A stretch of 64,000 nt of DNA from Nostoc sp. (GCA_036918135.1 JBALDB010000038.1:1-64000); one strand, 5' to 3'. Numbered from the stretch's first letter, positions 30,880 through 41,558 are shown. Notes: generated by a model not told the origin, from the sequence alone. Numbers and translations: made by a program.

Positions 30880-33657
30880 TTAATTGTGTTCTAGCAGGTT
30901 TAGAATCTTCTTGACTAACTCCTCTGGTTCAAATGGCTTGCTAATGTGAGCTTGAAACCCAGCAGTCAATGTTTTTTGCTGGTCAATATCTGTGGCATAA
31001 GCGGTAAGTGCGATCGCCGGAATCGTTCCTCCCTGATTGGGTGGGCGCGAACGAATCTGCTGGATGAGTATGTAGCCATCCATATCAGCCATGCCTACAT
31101 CACTCACAATTACATCAGGAATGAAACTATCAAGTACTTGCAATGCTTCTAGCCCAGACGCTAAGGCTGTCACTTTTGCGCCATTTTGTTCTAGCAAAAA
31201 TGCTTCAAACTTGCGCGTATCAGTATCATCATCTACAAGCAAAATTTGCAGGTTGCTTAAGGGAGTCTCTGCGCTTTCTGCATCAGCGCGATCTGACTCA
31301 AGTACAATTTTTGCTGACTGGTTCAAGATTGGTATTTGAACTGTAAAGGTTGCGCCCTGATTCTCACCCAAGCTTTCTGCCTTGACTGTGCCACCGTGCA
31401 GTTCTACAATTTGGTGGACGATCGCCAGCCCCAAACCCAAGCCACCAAATCTGCGTGTCGTCGAGCTATCCTCTTGCCGGAAATAATCAAACACATGCGG
31501 TAGAAATTTCGGTTGAATGCCAATGCCTGTATCGATTACCCGGATCTGAGCTTGCCCTGCAATTTGCCTTAATTCAATGATTACTTGTCCGTCATCTGGT
31601 GTAAATTTGACGGCATTGGTAAGCAAGTTCCACACCACTTGCTGCAAGCGGGCAGCGTCACCAGAGATAGGTGCAGTCGGATCGAGATCGATTTGTAAGT
31701 TAATATTCTTTGCTTCTGCTGTTAAACGTACCGTTTCTAGGGCAGCAGAAATAACAGAGATTAAATTAAGGGGAGCCACTGTTAAGGACAGCTTGCCCCG
31801 CATAATCCGCGAAACGTCAAGTAAGTCTTCAATTAATTGTGATTGCAGTTTGGCGTTGCGCTCAATCGTTAGTAGTGCTTCGCGTTGACGAGCGGCATTG
31901 AGCTTGCCTTTTTGCAACAGTTGTGTCCAGCCTAAGATGGGGTTGAGGGGCGATCGCAACTCATGAGACAGCACCGCTAAGAACTCGTCTTTAATCTGGT
32001 TGGCTCGTTGCAACTGTTCTGCGTGTTGCTGAATCGAGACAATTAGGTTGGCTCGGTCGAGGGCGATGGCTATCTGCTCAGACATCAATTGCAGCAAATC
32101 GATTTCTTCTGAGGTAAAGCAAGTGCGGGTGCGGCTACCAAACGAGATGGTTCCTAATAACTGTTCTTGGACAATTAACGGTTGACTGATATAAGCGGTG
32201 GCACTCAGGTCGCGGACGATTTGGGCACGAGGATGAGTGGCAATTTCGGCGCGGTTGAGAACGATTTGCCGTCGTTCTTGAGCTATCCATCCACAGAGGG
32301 ATTCACCAAACTCGACCCACTCAAACGCCTCAGCCACCTCTTGAGTAATACCCTCATGGTTTTTCAAATGCAAGATGGGGCGGTTGTCTTTTGACTCCAC
32401 AATGTAGTTGTAGTAAAAGTCCAACCCTAGCTGGGGTGCGAGTTTGCTAAATAAATTATGCATCAGCGTCATTGGTTGCTCGACCGCCAGGAGATCGCTG
32501 GTGATGTCATAGAGCAACCGAAAGCGTTCATCGGCTTGCCGCTGTGAGGTGATATCGCGCATGATTTTAATAAATCCTTGCACGTCGTCGTCGGGTTCAT
32601 CGCGTAAGGGCATTACAAAGCCACTACCCCAAAAGCGGCTACCGTCTTTTCGGATATGCCAGCACTCATTTTCTGCCTGTCCTTGAGTTTGGGCGGTCTG
32701 CAATTCCCAACCAACGTGGTCTTGTAGGTTGTCTTCAAAGGAATAAAGGCAGTGACACTCACAGCCAATTATTTCTGCTTCTGAATAGTCGAACAAGTCT
32801 TCGGCACCAGCACTCCAAGTGGTGATTATACCGTTGGGATCGAGGGTTAAAATGGCATATTCTTTTGCACTTGCCACCATTAACCGAAAGCGAGCTTCAC
32901 TTTGTTTGAGGGCAATTTCGATTTTTTTGCGAGCGGTAATGTCGTAGGACATTGCCAGCACAGCATCAACTTCACCGCGCTCGTTGCGTAAGGGTGTGCC
33001 ATGAGAGATATAGTAGCGATCGTGGCTGTTGTGTTCTAAGGTAAACGATTCGCCATTAAGAGCTTGACGGAAGTTGGGTTCGTAGCTGGCTGCCAGGGTT
33101 GGGCTGAGGGCTTCCCAGAGTGTTTTGCCGACAAAGTTTTCAGTAGTCATGCCGACCCATTCCAGCGCTTCGCCTTCTGCCAGCTGGTAGCGCAAATCTC
33201 GATCCACAATGAATACAGCGCCATGAGGCAGGTTGGCTGCGACTTGACGCAAGCGGGCTTCGGCAAGTTGGCGATCGCGCTTTTGTTGGGCTTCTCGCAG
33301 CGCTCGTTGGACACAAGGAACCAACCGCCCTAAGTTGCGCTTTAGCACATAGTCGGTGGCTCCCAGTTTCAGCGCTTCAATCGCCAATTCTTCGCCCATA
33401 CTGCCAGAGACGAAAATAAAGGGCGTGTCAGAACAAAGCTTTTGGGCAATTTTCAAGGCGGAAATGCCATCAAAACCAGGCAAAGTATAGTCTGCCAAAA
33501 TCAAATCGAACGTATTGGTTTCTAATGCCCTGACAAACTCAGCACGAGTTTCCACCCGTAGCAGTTCAAAATTAGCGCCGCCATCAGTCAGTGTGAGATG
33601 TATCACCTCTGCGTCAAGGGGATTGTCTTCGAGCAAAAGAAACCGGAGTGCTATCAT
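30880..33657 (-). CDS. Hybrid histidine kinase REC-PAS-PAS-GAF-HisKA-HATPase-REC
   Basis: SHELRSPL, NLLTNAVKFT, GGLGLGL; receiver domains at both ends. Confidence 0.92.
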   Translation of the reverse strand: MIALRFLLLEDNPLDAEVIHLTLTDGGANFELLRVETRAEFVRALETNTFDLILADYTLPGFDGISALKIAQKLCSDTPFIFVSGSMGEELAIEALKLGATDYVLKRNLGRLVPCVQRALREAQQKRDRQLAEARLRQVAANLPHGAVFIVDRDLRYQLAEGEALEWVGMTTENFVGKTLWEALSPTLAASYEPNFRQALNGESFTLEHNSHDRYYISHGTPLRNERGEVDAVLAMSYDITARKKIEIALKQSEARFRLMVASAKEYAILTLDPNGIITTWSAGAEDLFDYSEAEIIGCECHCLYSFEDNLQDHVGWELQTAQTQGQAENECWHIRKDGSRFWGSGFVMPLRDEPDDDVQGFIKIMRDITSQRQADERFRLLYDITSDLLAVEQPMTLMHNLFSKLAPQLGLDFYYNYIVESKDNRPILHLKNHEGITQEVAEAFEWVEFGESLCGWIAQERRQIVLNRAEIATHPRAQIVRDLSATAYISQPLIVQEQLLGTISFGSRTRTCFTSEEIDLLQLMSEQIAIALDRANLIVSIQQHAEQLQRANQIKDEFLAVLSHELRSPLNPILGWTQLLQKGKLNAARQREALLTIERNAKLQSQLIEDLLDVSRIMRGKLSLTVAPLNLISVISAALETVRLTAEAKNINLQIDLDPTAPISGDAARLQQVVWNLLTNAVKFTPDDGQVIIELRQIAGQAQIRVIDTGIGIQPKFLPHVFDYFRQEDSSTTRRFGGLGLGLAIVHQIVELHGGTVKAESLGENQGATFTVQIPILNQSAKIVLESDRADAESAETPLSNLQILLVDDDTDTRKFEAFLLEQNGAKVTALASGLEALQVLDSFIPDVIVSDVGMADMDGYILIQQIRSRPPNQGGTIPAIALTAYATDIDQQKTLTAGFQAHISKPFEPEELVKKILNLLEHN

Positions 33658-33659
33658 GA

Positions 33660-36600
33660 CTATGCCTCATATTTCGGCAGCGAAAAGTAGAACGTTGCGC
33701 CTTGGTCGATTGCGCCTTCTGCCCAGATGCTTCCCCCATGTCGATGAACGATCCGCCGTACAGTGGCAAGCCCGACACCCGTGCCAGGAAACTGTTCTTG
33801 GGGATGCAACCGTTGAAATATACTGAATAGTCGATCGTAATATTTCATGTCGAACCCTGCACCATTATCTTTGACAAAGAAAATCACTGACTGCTCCTGT
33901 TCTATGCTACCAATTGTGATGACAGGTTCAGTGTTATTGCGACTGTACTTGACAGCATTCGACAGCAAATTTTGCAATACTAATCGTAACAGCGTCGGAT
34001 CGCCTTCTACCATTGGCAATGGCTCAATTTGCCAGTCAAGCGATCGCTCGATTAGTTCCGGCTGCAATTGTTCTCGCACCTGCAGCACCAATTGACTTAT
34101 ATTAACAGTAGTCAAATGCATTTCTGTCTTCCTCAGGCAGGAGAATTTCAGCAAGTCCTCTACCATTTTTTCTACCTCAAGAGCAGATTTCGTGATAATG
34201 TTGAGAGTCTGCAAACTGGATGCATCGACGACGGTTGTATCGAGCTTGCCTTGCAACCGTTCGGCAAAGCTGCTGATGTAGCGTAGCGGCGTTCGCAAAT
34301 CGTGGGATACCGAGGAAGAAAACGCCTCCAGTTCTTGGTTGATGGCTTCTAGTTGAGCCGTGCGGGCTTTCACTTGTTGCTCCAAGCGCTCATTGAGTGT
34401 TTGTACCGCCTGCATCACCTGTTCGCGGTAGACCGCTTCGCGTCGCAGTTGTGCTAATTTTAGGTTCGCATCAACTCGCGCTAACAGTTCTCGTGCCGAG
34501 AATGGTTTAATTAAGTAGTCATCTGCGCCAGTTTCTAAACCTTGCAGCCGTGATTCTTCGCCAGCACGGGCAGAGAGCAAAATAATCGGAATTGTCTGGG
34601 TATTTAGTGAAGCTCGTAGCGATCGCAATAACTCAAAGCCATCCATTCTGGGCATCATCACATCTGCTAACACCAAGTCATAGATGGCACTTTCACCACG
34701 CCGGATCGCAGTCAGTGCCGCTAACCCGTCATTTACAGTTTCCACCTCGTAGTACTGGTTTAATAACCGCTTGAGATAGCCGCGCATATCGGCGTTGTCA
34801 TCCACTAGGAGAATGCGCGCCCTCTTGGAGCTTTGAACCTTAACCTCTGAGCTTTGAGCCTTAATCTCTGAGCTTTGAGCCTTAATCTCTGAGCTTTGAA
34901 GTTGAAATTCTGTGCTTTCGTCAAGGGCAGTTCCCCCTGCCCCTTGCCCCCTGCCCCCTTCCTCTTGTTCAGGTAGCCAAAGTAAGGCTTCTTCCACAAA
35001 AGCATTTGCAGTTACAGCCGTCGATGGCAGTGTCGAGGCAACCCAAATTTGGCCGGCGGGTAGATGGGCGATTCCGGTGGGGATGGTGACGGTGAAGGTT
35101 GTGCCTTGGTCTACTGCGCTCGTAACCGCGATCGCGCCGCCGTGCCGCTTGACGAGTTCCTGCACCAAAGATAAGCCAATGCCTGAGCCTTCATAGCTGC
35201 GCCCCTTCGCGCCTTTGACTTGATAGAACCTTTCAAACAGGTGAGGCAGTTCGGAAGGTGAAATACCTACGCCCGTGTCGCTGACCATTAATTCAACTGT
35301 GTTTGCTTTGGGTTTGAGCGAGACAGAAATGATACCCTCGAAGGTAAATTTTAAGGCATTGGAGAGTAGATTTAACACAATCTTTTCCCACATTTCTCGA
35401 TCAACGTAAATGGGATCGGGTAGGGGAGGACAATCGACGACTAACTGCAAATTGGCATTCTCAATCGCCGAGCGGAAAACACTTGCCAGTTCTGCCGTGT
35501 AGGTGGATAAGTCGGTGGGTTCGTAGTTTGCTTTCAGGCGATCGGCTTCGATGCGGGAAAAGTCGAGCAGCGTGTTGACCAGTTTCAGCAAACGCAAGCT
35601 GTTGCGATGTGCAAGTTCCAGCCGTTCCCGTTGTGAAGAAGTTAGGGGATTTACCGAATCGCTTAACGCATCTTGCAAAGGAGCCAGCAACAGCGTTATG
35701 GGCGTGCGAAATTCATGGCTGACATTGCTGAAGAAAAGGGTTTTGGCGCGATCGAGTTCTGCCAGAGATTCCGCTCGTTGGCGTTCTTCTTCGCGGGCGG
35801 CTTGTTCTTGAATCCGTTGAATTTCCGATTTCTGTAAGGCGGCTTCGGCACGGGCGCGTTCGACTGCCGCCCAAGTGCGCTCCGCCGTTTCGCTTAAGAT
35901 TTCCAGGTCGGACGGCATCCAGTCGCGCGGCTCTGGGTGTGCGAAGAAGAGATAGGCCGCAAGAGTACCTCCCTTGAGCAGCGGGATAGCCCCACCTGCG
36001 CGCATGTTGATCGCCGCAAACGCCGCCCAGGTCTCAGGGGTCATGCTACCGTCCTCGTCGTGATTGGCGAAGAAAACCGACTCTCCGCTTTGCATCCTTT
36101 GGGCCATGCTCCCAAAATCACTAAGGGTGTAACGCATCTTCAGGCTGGGTATACGGCCGTCATTGTACTCGTCAGTGATCGTGGCGGCGAGTCCACCCGG
36201 CTCTGTCTCCGCGTACCCCACCGCCGCAATATTGAGCCGCTCGGCTAAGTGAGATGCAGCGATCGCCTTTATTCTGGAGGAATCGGCAAGCGGCCGCAGC
36301 GCATCTGACAGCTTCACCCGGAAGGCATCGAGTTCAGCAGCGCGGCGCAATTGTGCTTCTGCCTGTTTGCGATTGGTGATGTCATTAAATACAACCGCAA
36401 CTCGCCTTTGGTCATCACTACCGACTTTAAATACATAAAAGTCGTACCAAATTTGGTCAGGTTCGGCATATCGCTCTAGCCGTTCAGCTTGACCCGTTTG
36501 GGCAACGCGATCAAATATCTCGTACCAATATTCTTCATAGTTTGGACTAATTTCTCTGAGTCGCTGCCCACGAAAACTTTGCCCCGTCATGTGAATTGCG

Positions 36601-38414
36601 GCTGGATTCTCATCAATATAGAAGAGGTCAATGAGTCGATCGTTTTCGTCAAAAATCACCTCACAAAGGAAATACCCTTCGTCCATTGAGTTGAACAGCG
36701 ATCGATATTTGGCTTCCGATTGGCGCAGAGCTTCTTCAGCGCGTTTGCGCTCCGTTATATCACTGCTGGCTCCGAACCATTCCACGATTTCTCCCTGCTC
36801 ATTCAGCATCGGGATGGCACGCGAGAACACCCAGCCGATCGTACCATCCTGTTGAATGACGCGATGTTCTAACTCAAATTTGCTCTTGGTGCGAATGGCT
36901 GCTTGAATGGTCGCCCACACGTGCGATCGCTCTTCTAGGGGAATATAGGTTTCAAACCAGGTGCGACTTGGGTTTTCAATGTTGGCGAGGATATTTTTAC
37001 CTTCGAGGTTTCGCATCTCCCGCCAATCTGCGCTCATGCGGTAGATCATGTTCGAGCTGGCAGTGACAAATAAGCGAAATTGTTCTTCGCTCTTGCGCCG
37101 GGCAAGTTCTGATTGTTTGCTCTCGGTAATATCGATGATGAACTCGACGCATTCAGATGCGCTGCCGCTGCCCGTCAGCCGTGTAGGTGCGAAAAGTCCC
37201 CACCAGTGCGAGCCATCTTTGCGGATCATCTGCTTTTCATAAGGGGCGGTTTCTCCCCGAACGGCGAGTTCCTCTGCGGCACGGGCAGTCACGTCGATAA
37301 ATTTGGGCAGGGTCAGCACCTCCCAATGCACGGTGTTGAGCAGTTCATCGCGGCTGTAGCCGCTCATTTGCACAAACGTCTCGTTTGCTCCGGTCATCCG
37401 CCCGTCGAGGCTAAAGAACAGCACGCCGACGGTTTCGATTGAAAACGCTTTTTGCAAAAGTGCTTCTGATTCTTGAATCACTTGTTGGGCTTGTCGCTGC
37501 TCAATCAAATCGGCAGCTTGACGGGCGAGTAAATCGAGAAACCGCAGTTGGCGATCGCTCGGTCGATGGTGTTTGCGCCAATGGGTCGAAACCATGCCGA
37601 GCGGTTTGCCGGAACGGGCGATCAGAGGGGTTGACTGTGCTGAAAAATACCCCGCCTCCAGATGCATTTGCATCGAGCCGTCGGGGTCTGCGCTTTTTGG
37701 CACGTCAAAATCTAGAAAAGTGCGTTCGCCGTTTCTCAGTGCGATGCCGCAGGGTGTGTTGGAATTTGCATTCACACGGTAGAAATGCTCGATCGTATTC
37801 TGCTCAAAACCTTGTGTGGCAAGCAGTAGCAACTCCTGTGTTGCTTCGTCGAGAATTTGTACTGTTCCAGCATCCGCCCGCGTCAGAGCGATCGCAACAG
37901 CCATAATCTCCTGGTAAAGTGTCTGAATGTCGCCTTCGGTTACAAGCCTCACGCTCAGTTCGTGCAGTAGTTGCGTATCTTTCAGGTCTGACTCGATGGT
38001 TGATAAAGCTTGTTTGCGCTTGGTAGCATCTTTGTCAAGTTCCGGCGCTTGTTGCAATGCCCGTTGTACCGATGGCACTAACCGCCCTAAGCGTTGCTTG
38101 AGTACATAATCTGTCGCGCCCTGTTTGATAGCTTCAATCGCCAATTCTTCGCCCAAACTGCCAGAGATGAAAATAAACGGCACCTCAGGACACAGGCGAC
38201 GGGCGATCGTTAGTGCCGCAATCTCATCAAAATTAGACAAGGCATAGTCTGCCAAAATCAAGTCGATTTCGTCGGTTTCCAGTGTTCTAATAAAATCAGC
38301 GCGAGTCTCTACCCGCAGTAGTTCACAGTCAATACCGCCCTCTCTCAGCGTGGCTTGCACGACTTCTGCATCGGGAAGATTAGCTTCGAGTAAGAGAAAC
38401 TCAAGTGCTGACAT
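33660..38414 (-). CDS. Double-transmitter hybrid kinase REC-GAF-PASx3-GAF-HK-REC-HK
   Basis: Two H-boxes (SHEFRTP, SHDLRTP), two HATPase domains, two receiver domains. Confidence 0.9.
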   Translation of the reverse strand: MSALEFLLLEANLPDAEVVQATLREGGIDCELLRVETRADFIRTLETDEIDLILADYALSNFDEIAALTIARRLCPEVPFIFISGSLGEELAIEAIKQGATDYVLKQRLGRLVPSVQRALQQAPELDKDATKRKQALSTIESDLKDTQLLHELSVRLVTEGDIQTLYQEIMAVAIALTRADAGTVQILDEATQELLLLATQGFEQNTIEHFYRVNANSNTPCGIALRNGERTFLDFDVPKSADPDGSMQMHLEAGYFSAQSTPLIARSGKPLGMVSTHWRKHHRPSDRQLRFLDLLARQAADLIEQRQAQQVIQESEALLQKAFSIETVGVLFFSLDGRMTGANETFVQMSGYSRDELLNTVHWEVLTLPKFIDVTARAAEELAVRGETAPYEKQMIRKDGSHWWGLFAPTRLTGSGSASECVEFIIDITESKQSELARRKSEEQFRLFVTASSNMIYRMSADWREMRNLEGKNILANIENPSRTWFETYIPLEERSHVWATIQAAIRTKSKFELEHRVIQQDGTIGWVFSRAIPMLNEQGEIVEWFGASSDITERKRAEEALRQSEAKYRSLFNSMDEGYFLCEVIFDENDRLIDLFYIDENPAAIHMTGQSFRGQRLREISPNYEEYWYEIFDRVAQTGQAERLERYAEPDQIWYDFYVFKVGSDDQRRVAVVFNDITNRKQAEAQLRRAAELDAFRVKLSDALRPLADSSRIKAIAASHLAERLNIAAVGYAETEPGGLAATITDEYNDGRIPSLKMRYTLSDFGSMAQRMQSGESVFFANHDEDGSMTPETWAAFAAINMRAGGAIPLLKGGTLAAYLFFAHPEPRDWMPSDLEILSETAERTWAAVERARAEAALQKSEIQRIQEQAAREEERQRAESLAELDRAKTLFFSNVSHEFRTPITLLLAPLQDALSDSVNPLTSSQRERLELAHRNSLRLLKLVNTLLDFSRIEADRLKANYEPTDLSTYTAELASVFRSAIENANLQLVVDCPPLPDPIYVDREMWEKIVLNLLSNALKFTFEGIISVSLKPKANTVELMVSDTGVGISPSELPHLFERFYQVKGAKGRSYEGSGIGLSLVQELVKRHGGAIAVTSAVDQGTTFTVTIPTGIAHLPAGQIWVASTLPSTAVTANAFVEEALLWLPEQEEGGRGQGAGGTALDESTEFQLQSSEIKAQSSEIKAQSSEVKVQSSKRARILLVDDNADMRGYLKRLLNQYYEVETVNDGLAALTAIRRGESAIYDLVLADVMMPRMDGFELLRSLRASLNTQTIPIILLSARAGEESRLQGLETGADDYLIKPFSARELLARVDANLKLAQLRREAVYREQVMQAVQTLNERLEQQVKARTAQLEAINQELEAFSSSVSHDLRTPLRYISSFAERLQGKLDTTVVDASSLQTLNIITKSALEVEKMVEDLLKFSCLRKTEMHLTTVNISQLVLQVREQLQPELIERSLDWQIEPLPMVEGDPTLLRLVLQNLLSNAVKYSRNNTEPVITIGSIEQEQSVIFFVKDNGAGFDMKYYDRLFSIFQRLHPQEQFPGTGVGLATVRRIVHRHGGSIWAEGAIDQGATFYFSLPKYEA
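34829..34964. repeat. In-frame 4 x 21-bp tandem repeat plus heptamer tract inside the kinase
   Basis: agctttgagccttaatctctg units (QSSEIKA) next to ccccctgccccttgccccctg. Confidence 0.85.
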
Positions 38415-38656
38415 AATTTTCTTCCTGCTGTTTTGGTAGTGCCTTGGGTATATATAGCGATTCTTATTTACATGAGGTACACGGGTAGGGGCTGTTGTGT
38501 GCCCATACGTGTCAACTTAAGTTCAAACCCTTACCCCATAGACATTTTATCCCACTCCAACCCGACGGTGTACATACAAGAACCGTCCGAAAATTAAATT
38601 CCCGTAAGCATAGTATATAAAATTTAATTTTTATAAATCTTAATATTCACCATATA

Positions 38657-38749
38657 TATAGCCATAGTCATATAGGTTAGGACATAATAACAAGTGCGAA
38701 TGTCAGCAAGAGTAATGTTTTTACCTCCTGCCCCCTGCCTCCTGCTATA
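38657..38749. repeat. ~94-bp dispersed repeat, copy 2
   Basis: Same orientation as and similar to 29716-29809. Confidence 0.7.
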
Positions 38750-39106
38750 GCTTTTGCAGATTGTATAGAATTAATAAATCGTGTTGACGCTCAAAATTTG
38801 AAAATCATACTTTTTGTCTCTAAACTACCATCAACTATCTCAAACCCTGATTGCTACCTTGAGCGAAGACATATAAGCACCCTTTAAAACCCTGTAAATT
38901 TTGAAGCAGTGTCATGTGTGCAAAGGGATTCGACAATCTTATAACCCAAAAATCGACAAGCTAGTTTTAAAGGCAGTAAGCTATTGCCACCAAGGCAGTC
39001 CAGAAGCCGCAACTAAAAGCATTTCCCTCTGGTGTTCTGGTGTTGCTTGAATAAGAAAAATGCTACAGTTAAGAGCTAAACGATCGCCAAAAATGTAAAT
39101 TAAGAT

Positions 39107-39301
39107 ATGGCTGACCAAAAAGATAAAGCTCAAGAAAAAAACCGCCTCGAACAGCTTCAAGAAGAACAAGGCAACACGGATTCTAAACACTCAGGCGGTG
39201 CTGGCGCTTCTGGCGGCAATTCCGGTGCAGGCAAATCTGGCACATCAAAAATTTCTGCCACTGGTACACCTGATGATATTGAAAAAATCGATCGCGAGTA
39301 A
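39107..39301 (+). CDS. Small hydrophilic Gly/Ser-rich protein
   Basis: 64-aa ATG ORF followed by a hairpin at about 39364-39397. Confidence 0.6.
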   Translation: MADQKDKAQEKNRLEQLQEEQGNTDSKHSGGAGASGGNSGAGKSGTSKISATGTPDDIEKIDRE

Positions 39302-39560
39302 AGCTGACTTTGACGAGTCAAGGTTTAACTGCGTCGGCTCTGATTAGTAACTTAATTTAACAATGGTGGATTGAATACTTTATTATTCAGTCCACTGCAA
39401 GGCGATCGCAACCCATCATCACAAGGCGCACCCGAAAGTTAAGTAATGTTCAATGCGGTGCAATATTTGTCAGACTTGGGGAGCGATCGCTTTTTGCTCG
39501 TAGTCATAAATAAAGCGATCGCTGTGACTAAATGCTAAATCTTCTCCTTTCTATGCTCAG

Positions 39561-41165
39561 CTATAATTCATCCCAAACCACAGGAAAGGAGTAATCTGAA
39601 AATGCAGAGTTAACCTGATTTTCACTACTGCGGGTTTCTTCATCCAAAACTTTAACGACTTTGTTATAAATATCTTGTGCTTGTTGAGGGGAATCACCGA
39701 TGCTGGTTAATCCCAACTTGCCAAACTGCGAAAGACAACCCATAAGATGAAATACTGTGCCTGTTTCAGTACCGCTGTCAAAGTGCAGTCTGTGGTGAGC
39801 GATGATATCCATCAAATCATTCGGTAATAATCCCCGATAGCGGTCTTTTTGCAGGTTGTCAGTAGCAACGTAGTATTTGGGACGACCTTGCTGGCTGTAA
39901 AATAAGCCTGTGGAGAGATCGTAGCGACCGTTTGTTAATAATTTCAAGGTCATGAATGGATGAGTTGTGCCGCCTTTACGCAAGTTAATTTCGATCGCCT
40001 GAATCTCCCACTCTCCATTACCCCTGTCAACGTTGATAAAATCTACGCCAAATCGTTCTAAAGCACCTTTCTCAGCTAGCTTTCTGCCAACTTGGATTCC
40101 CAATTGCTGTAATTGCAAGCGATAACTTTCATCAGCAGGAAAGCGACAACCAAGATAAATCTGACCGTCTGGGCCTCCAAGAATTTGGTCGTGGGTTGAG
40201 AGGATTTCCACTTCACCACCGGGCGTAATCCGTCCTTGAACGCTGGGCGATCGCTTGATTTCTCCCTCCACAAATGCTTCTACAATTGCGCCTAATTCTG
40301 GAATTTTTGCGGAAAAACTCTGCCAATTTTCTTGTTTGGCTTGAAAGCGCATTGTTGAAAAGCGATCGCTAATTGCTGTTACCCTTTGAGCATGAGTACT
40401 TTCACCAGGTGCGACATTCTCAATTGGTTTTAAATCTAGTAATGCATTTCCTTCTCCGGAAATACCTTCATTCAGTTTCACTACTAGTTTTTGTAACCTC
40501 GGTTGGTGGCGTTCCCACAAATCACTAGCAGCTTCTGCTAAATCGCTGTGATGCCAAACTTTTTCGCTACCATCTGGATGGGGTACTTCACTTTCCTTAA
40601 AAATTTGCCGACTACCACTTTTTGTCCCCCAAATCTGTAAATCCGGTGCAGCAGCATACAATGGTACGCCCAGTTTTACAGATAATTCCCCTTCATAAGT
40701 CGATGAATTGTAGCATATCATGAATGATTTATCTAGCCTCAAAGCTTGACGAATCCGCTCTAATAAACGAGGACGTTCTAAAATCTTTTGACTTAAAGGC
40801 TTGAGGGAAGAATCGTAAGTAGAAAGTAGCAGTAAGCGATTGCGAGCATGAGAAAAGGGAATTCCTGGTAAAAGTTGTAAATAATAATCAATGATACTGG
40901 GATGCAGTGGTATTGATGTAACATAAATCAGTCTAGTACGCGGATTTCGCAAGCGAATCAAGGAAAACAGCAATCTTTCTTCATAATGTTCGCAGCCTTC
41001 AATTTTTCGGAGTTCGCCCTGGTCAATGCTCAGGGAGGGAATAATTAAAATATCTGCTTCACCATTATCAAATAGCTCGATGGTTTTCCAGCGATCGCGC
41101 AGAGTTGATTGCAGATGGCGAAACTTTTCAACTTGCTCTAATTCAGAAATATCCAGTGTTGCCAT
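39561..41165 (-). CDS. PGM1-related ATP-grasp peptide ligase
   Basis: HYEERLLF, VVKLNEGISGEGN, SPSVQ, STHDQ, IEINLRKGGTTHP; likely start at 41165. Confidence 0.8.
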   Translation of the reverse strand: MATLDISELEQVEKFRHLQSTLRDRWKTIELFDNGEADILIIPSLSIDQGELRKIEGCEHYEERLLFSLIRLRNPRTRLIYVTSIPLHPSIIDYYLQLLPGIPFSHARNRLLLLSTYDSSLKPLSQKILERPRLLERIRQALRLDKSFMICYNSSTYEGELSVKLGVPLYAAAPDLQIWGTKSGSRQIFKESEVPHPDGSEKVWHHSDLAEAASDLWERHQPRLQKLVVKLNEGISGEGNALLDLKPIENVAPGESTHAQRVTAISDRFSTMRFQAKQENWQSFSAKIPELGAIVEAFVEGEIKRSPSVQGRITPGGEVEILSTHDQILGGPDGQIYLGCRFPADESYRLQLQQLGIQVGRKLAEKGALERFGVDFINVDRGNGEWEIQAIEINLRKGGTTHPFMTLKLLTNGRYDLSTGLFYSQQGRPKYYVATDNLQKDRYRGLLPNDLMDIIAHHRLHFDSGTETGTVFHLMGCLSQFGKLGLTSIGDSPQQAQDIYNKVVKVLDEETRSSENQVNSAFSDYSFPVVWDEL

Positions 41166-41434
41166 AATCCCTACCTGTCGCGATCCAAAAACTGCTCTAG
41201 TCCTCTGGTACATCCTAAGTCACTTTTTTGACAAGTTACTCCTTTGAATAAAATTAATATTAATTAATTTTATTGTTCGCAGGTTGAGTAGCTTTAATTG
41301 GTTTAAGCAAACCAGAGAAACTTGGCGAAAAGTGGTAGAAGGTTCTGAGAAAATACCAGCCTTAATTAATATTAACGGAAATAGCAAGTATTACGGCGTG
41401 TATTTTGGCAGCTATAAAGGGTAAGGGAAAAATT

Positions 41435-41558
41435 TATAGCAGTCGGAAATAAGAAAGTGAAATATTGCTGCTATTAGCTGTTGACTGTTGACTGTTAACA
41501 ATTGACACTCAACAGCCACCACTGATATTTTTCACAACTCAAAGTTGGATTGCTATAT
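41435..41558. mobile_element. MITE-like element containing TGTTGAC heptamers
   Basis: TATAGCA...TGCTATA ends; right half resembles about 6108-6150. Confidence 0.5.

Noticed and set aside
30946..38109. Many short antisense or alternate-frame ORFs inside the kinases (and other long genes)
   Set aside because: They are shadow ORFs of well-supported genes with no independent motifs.
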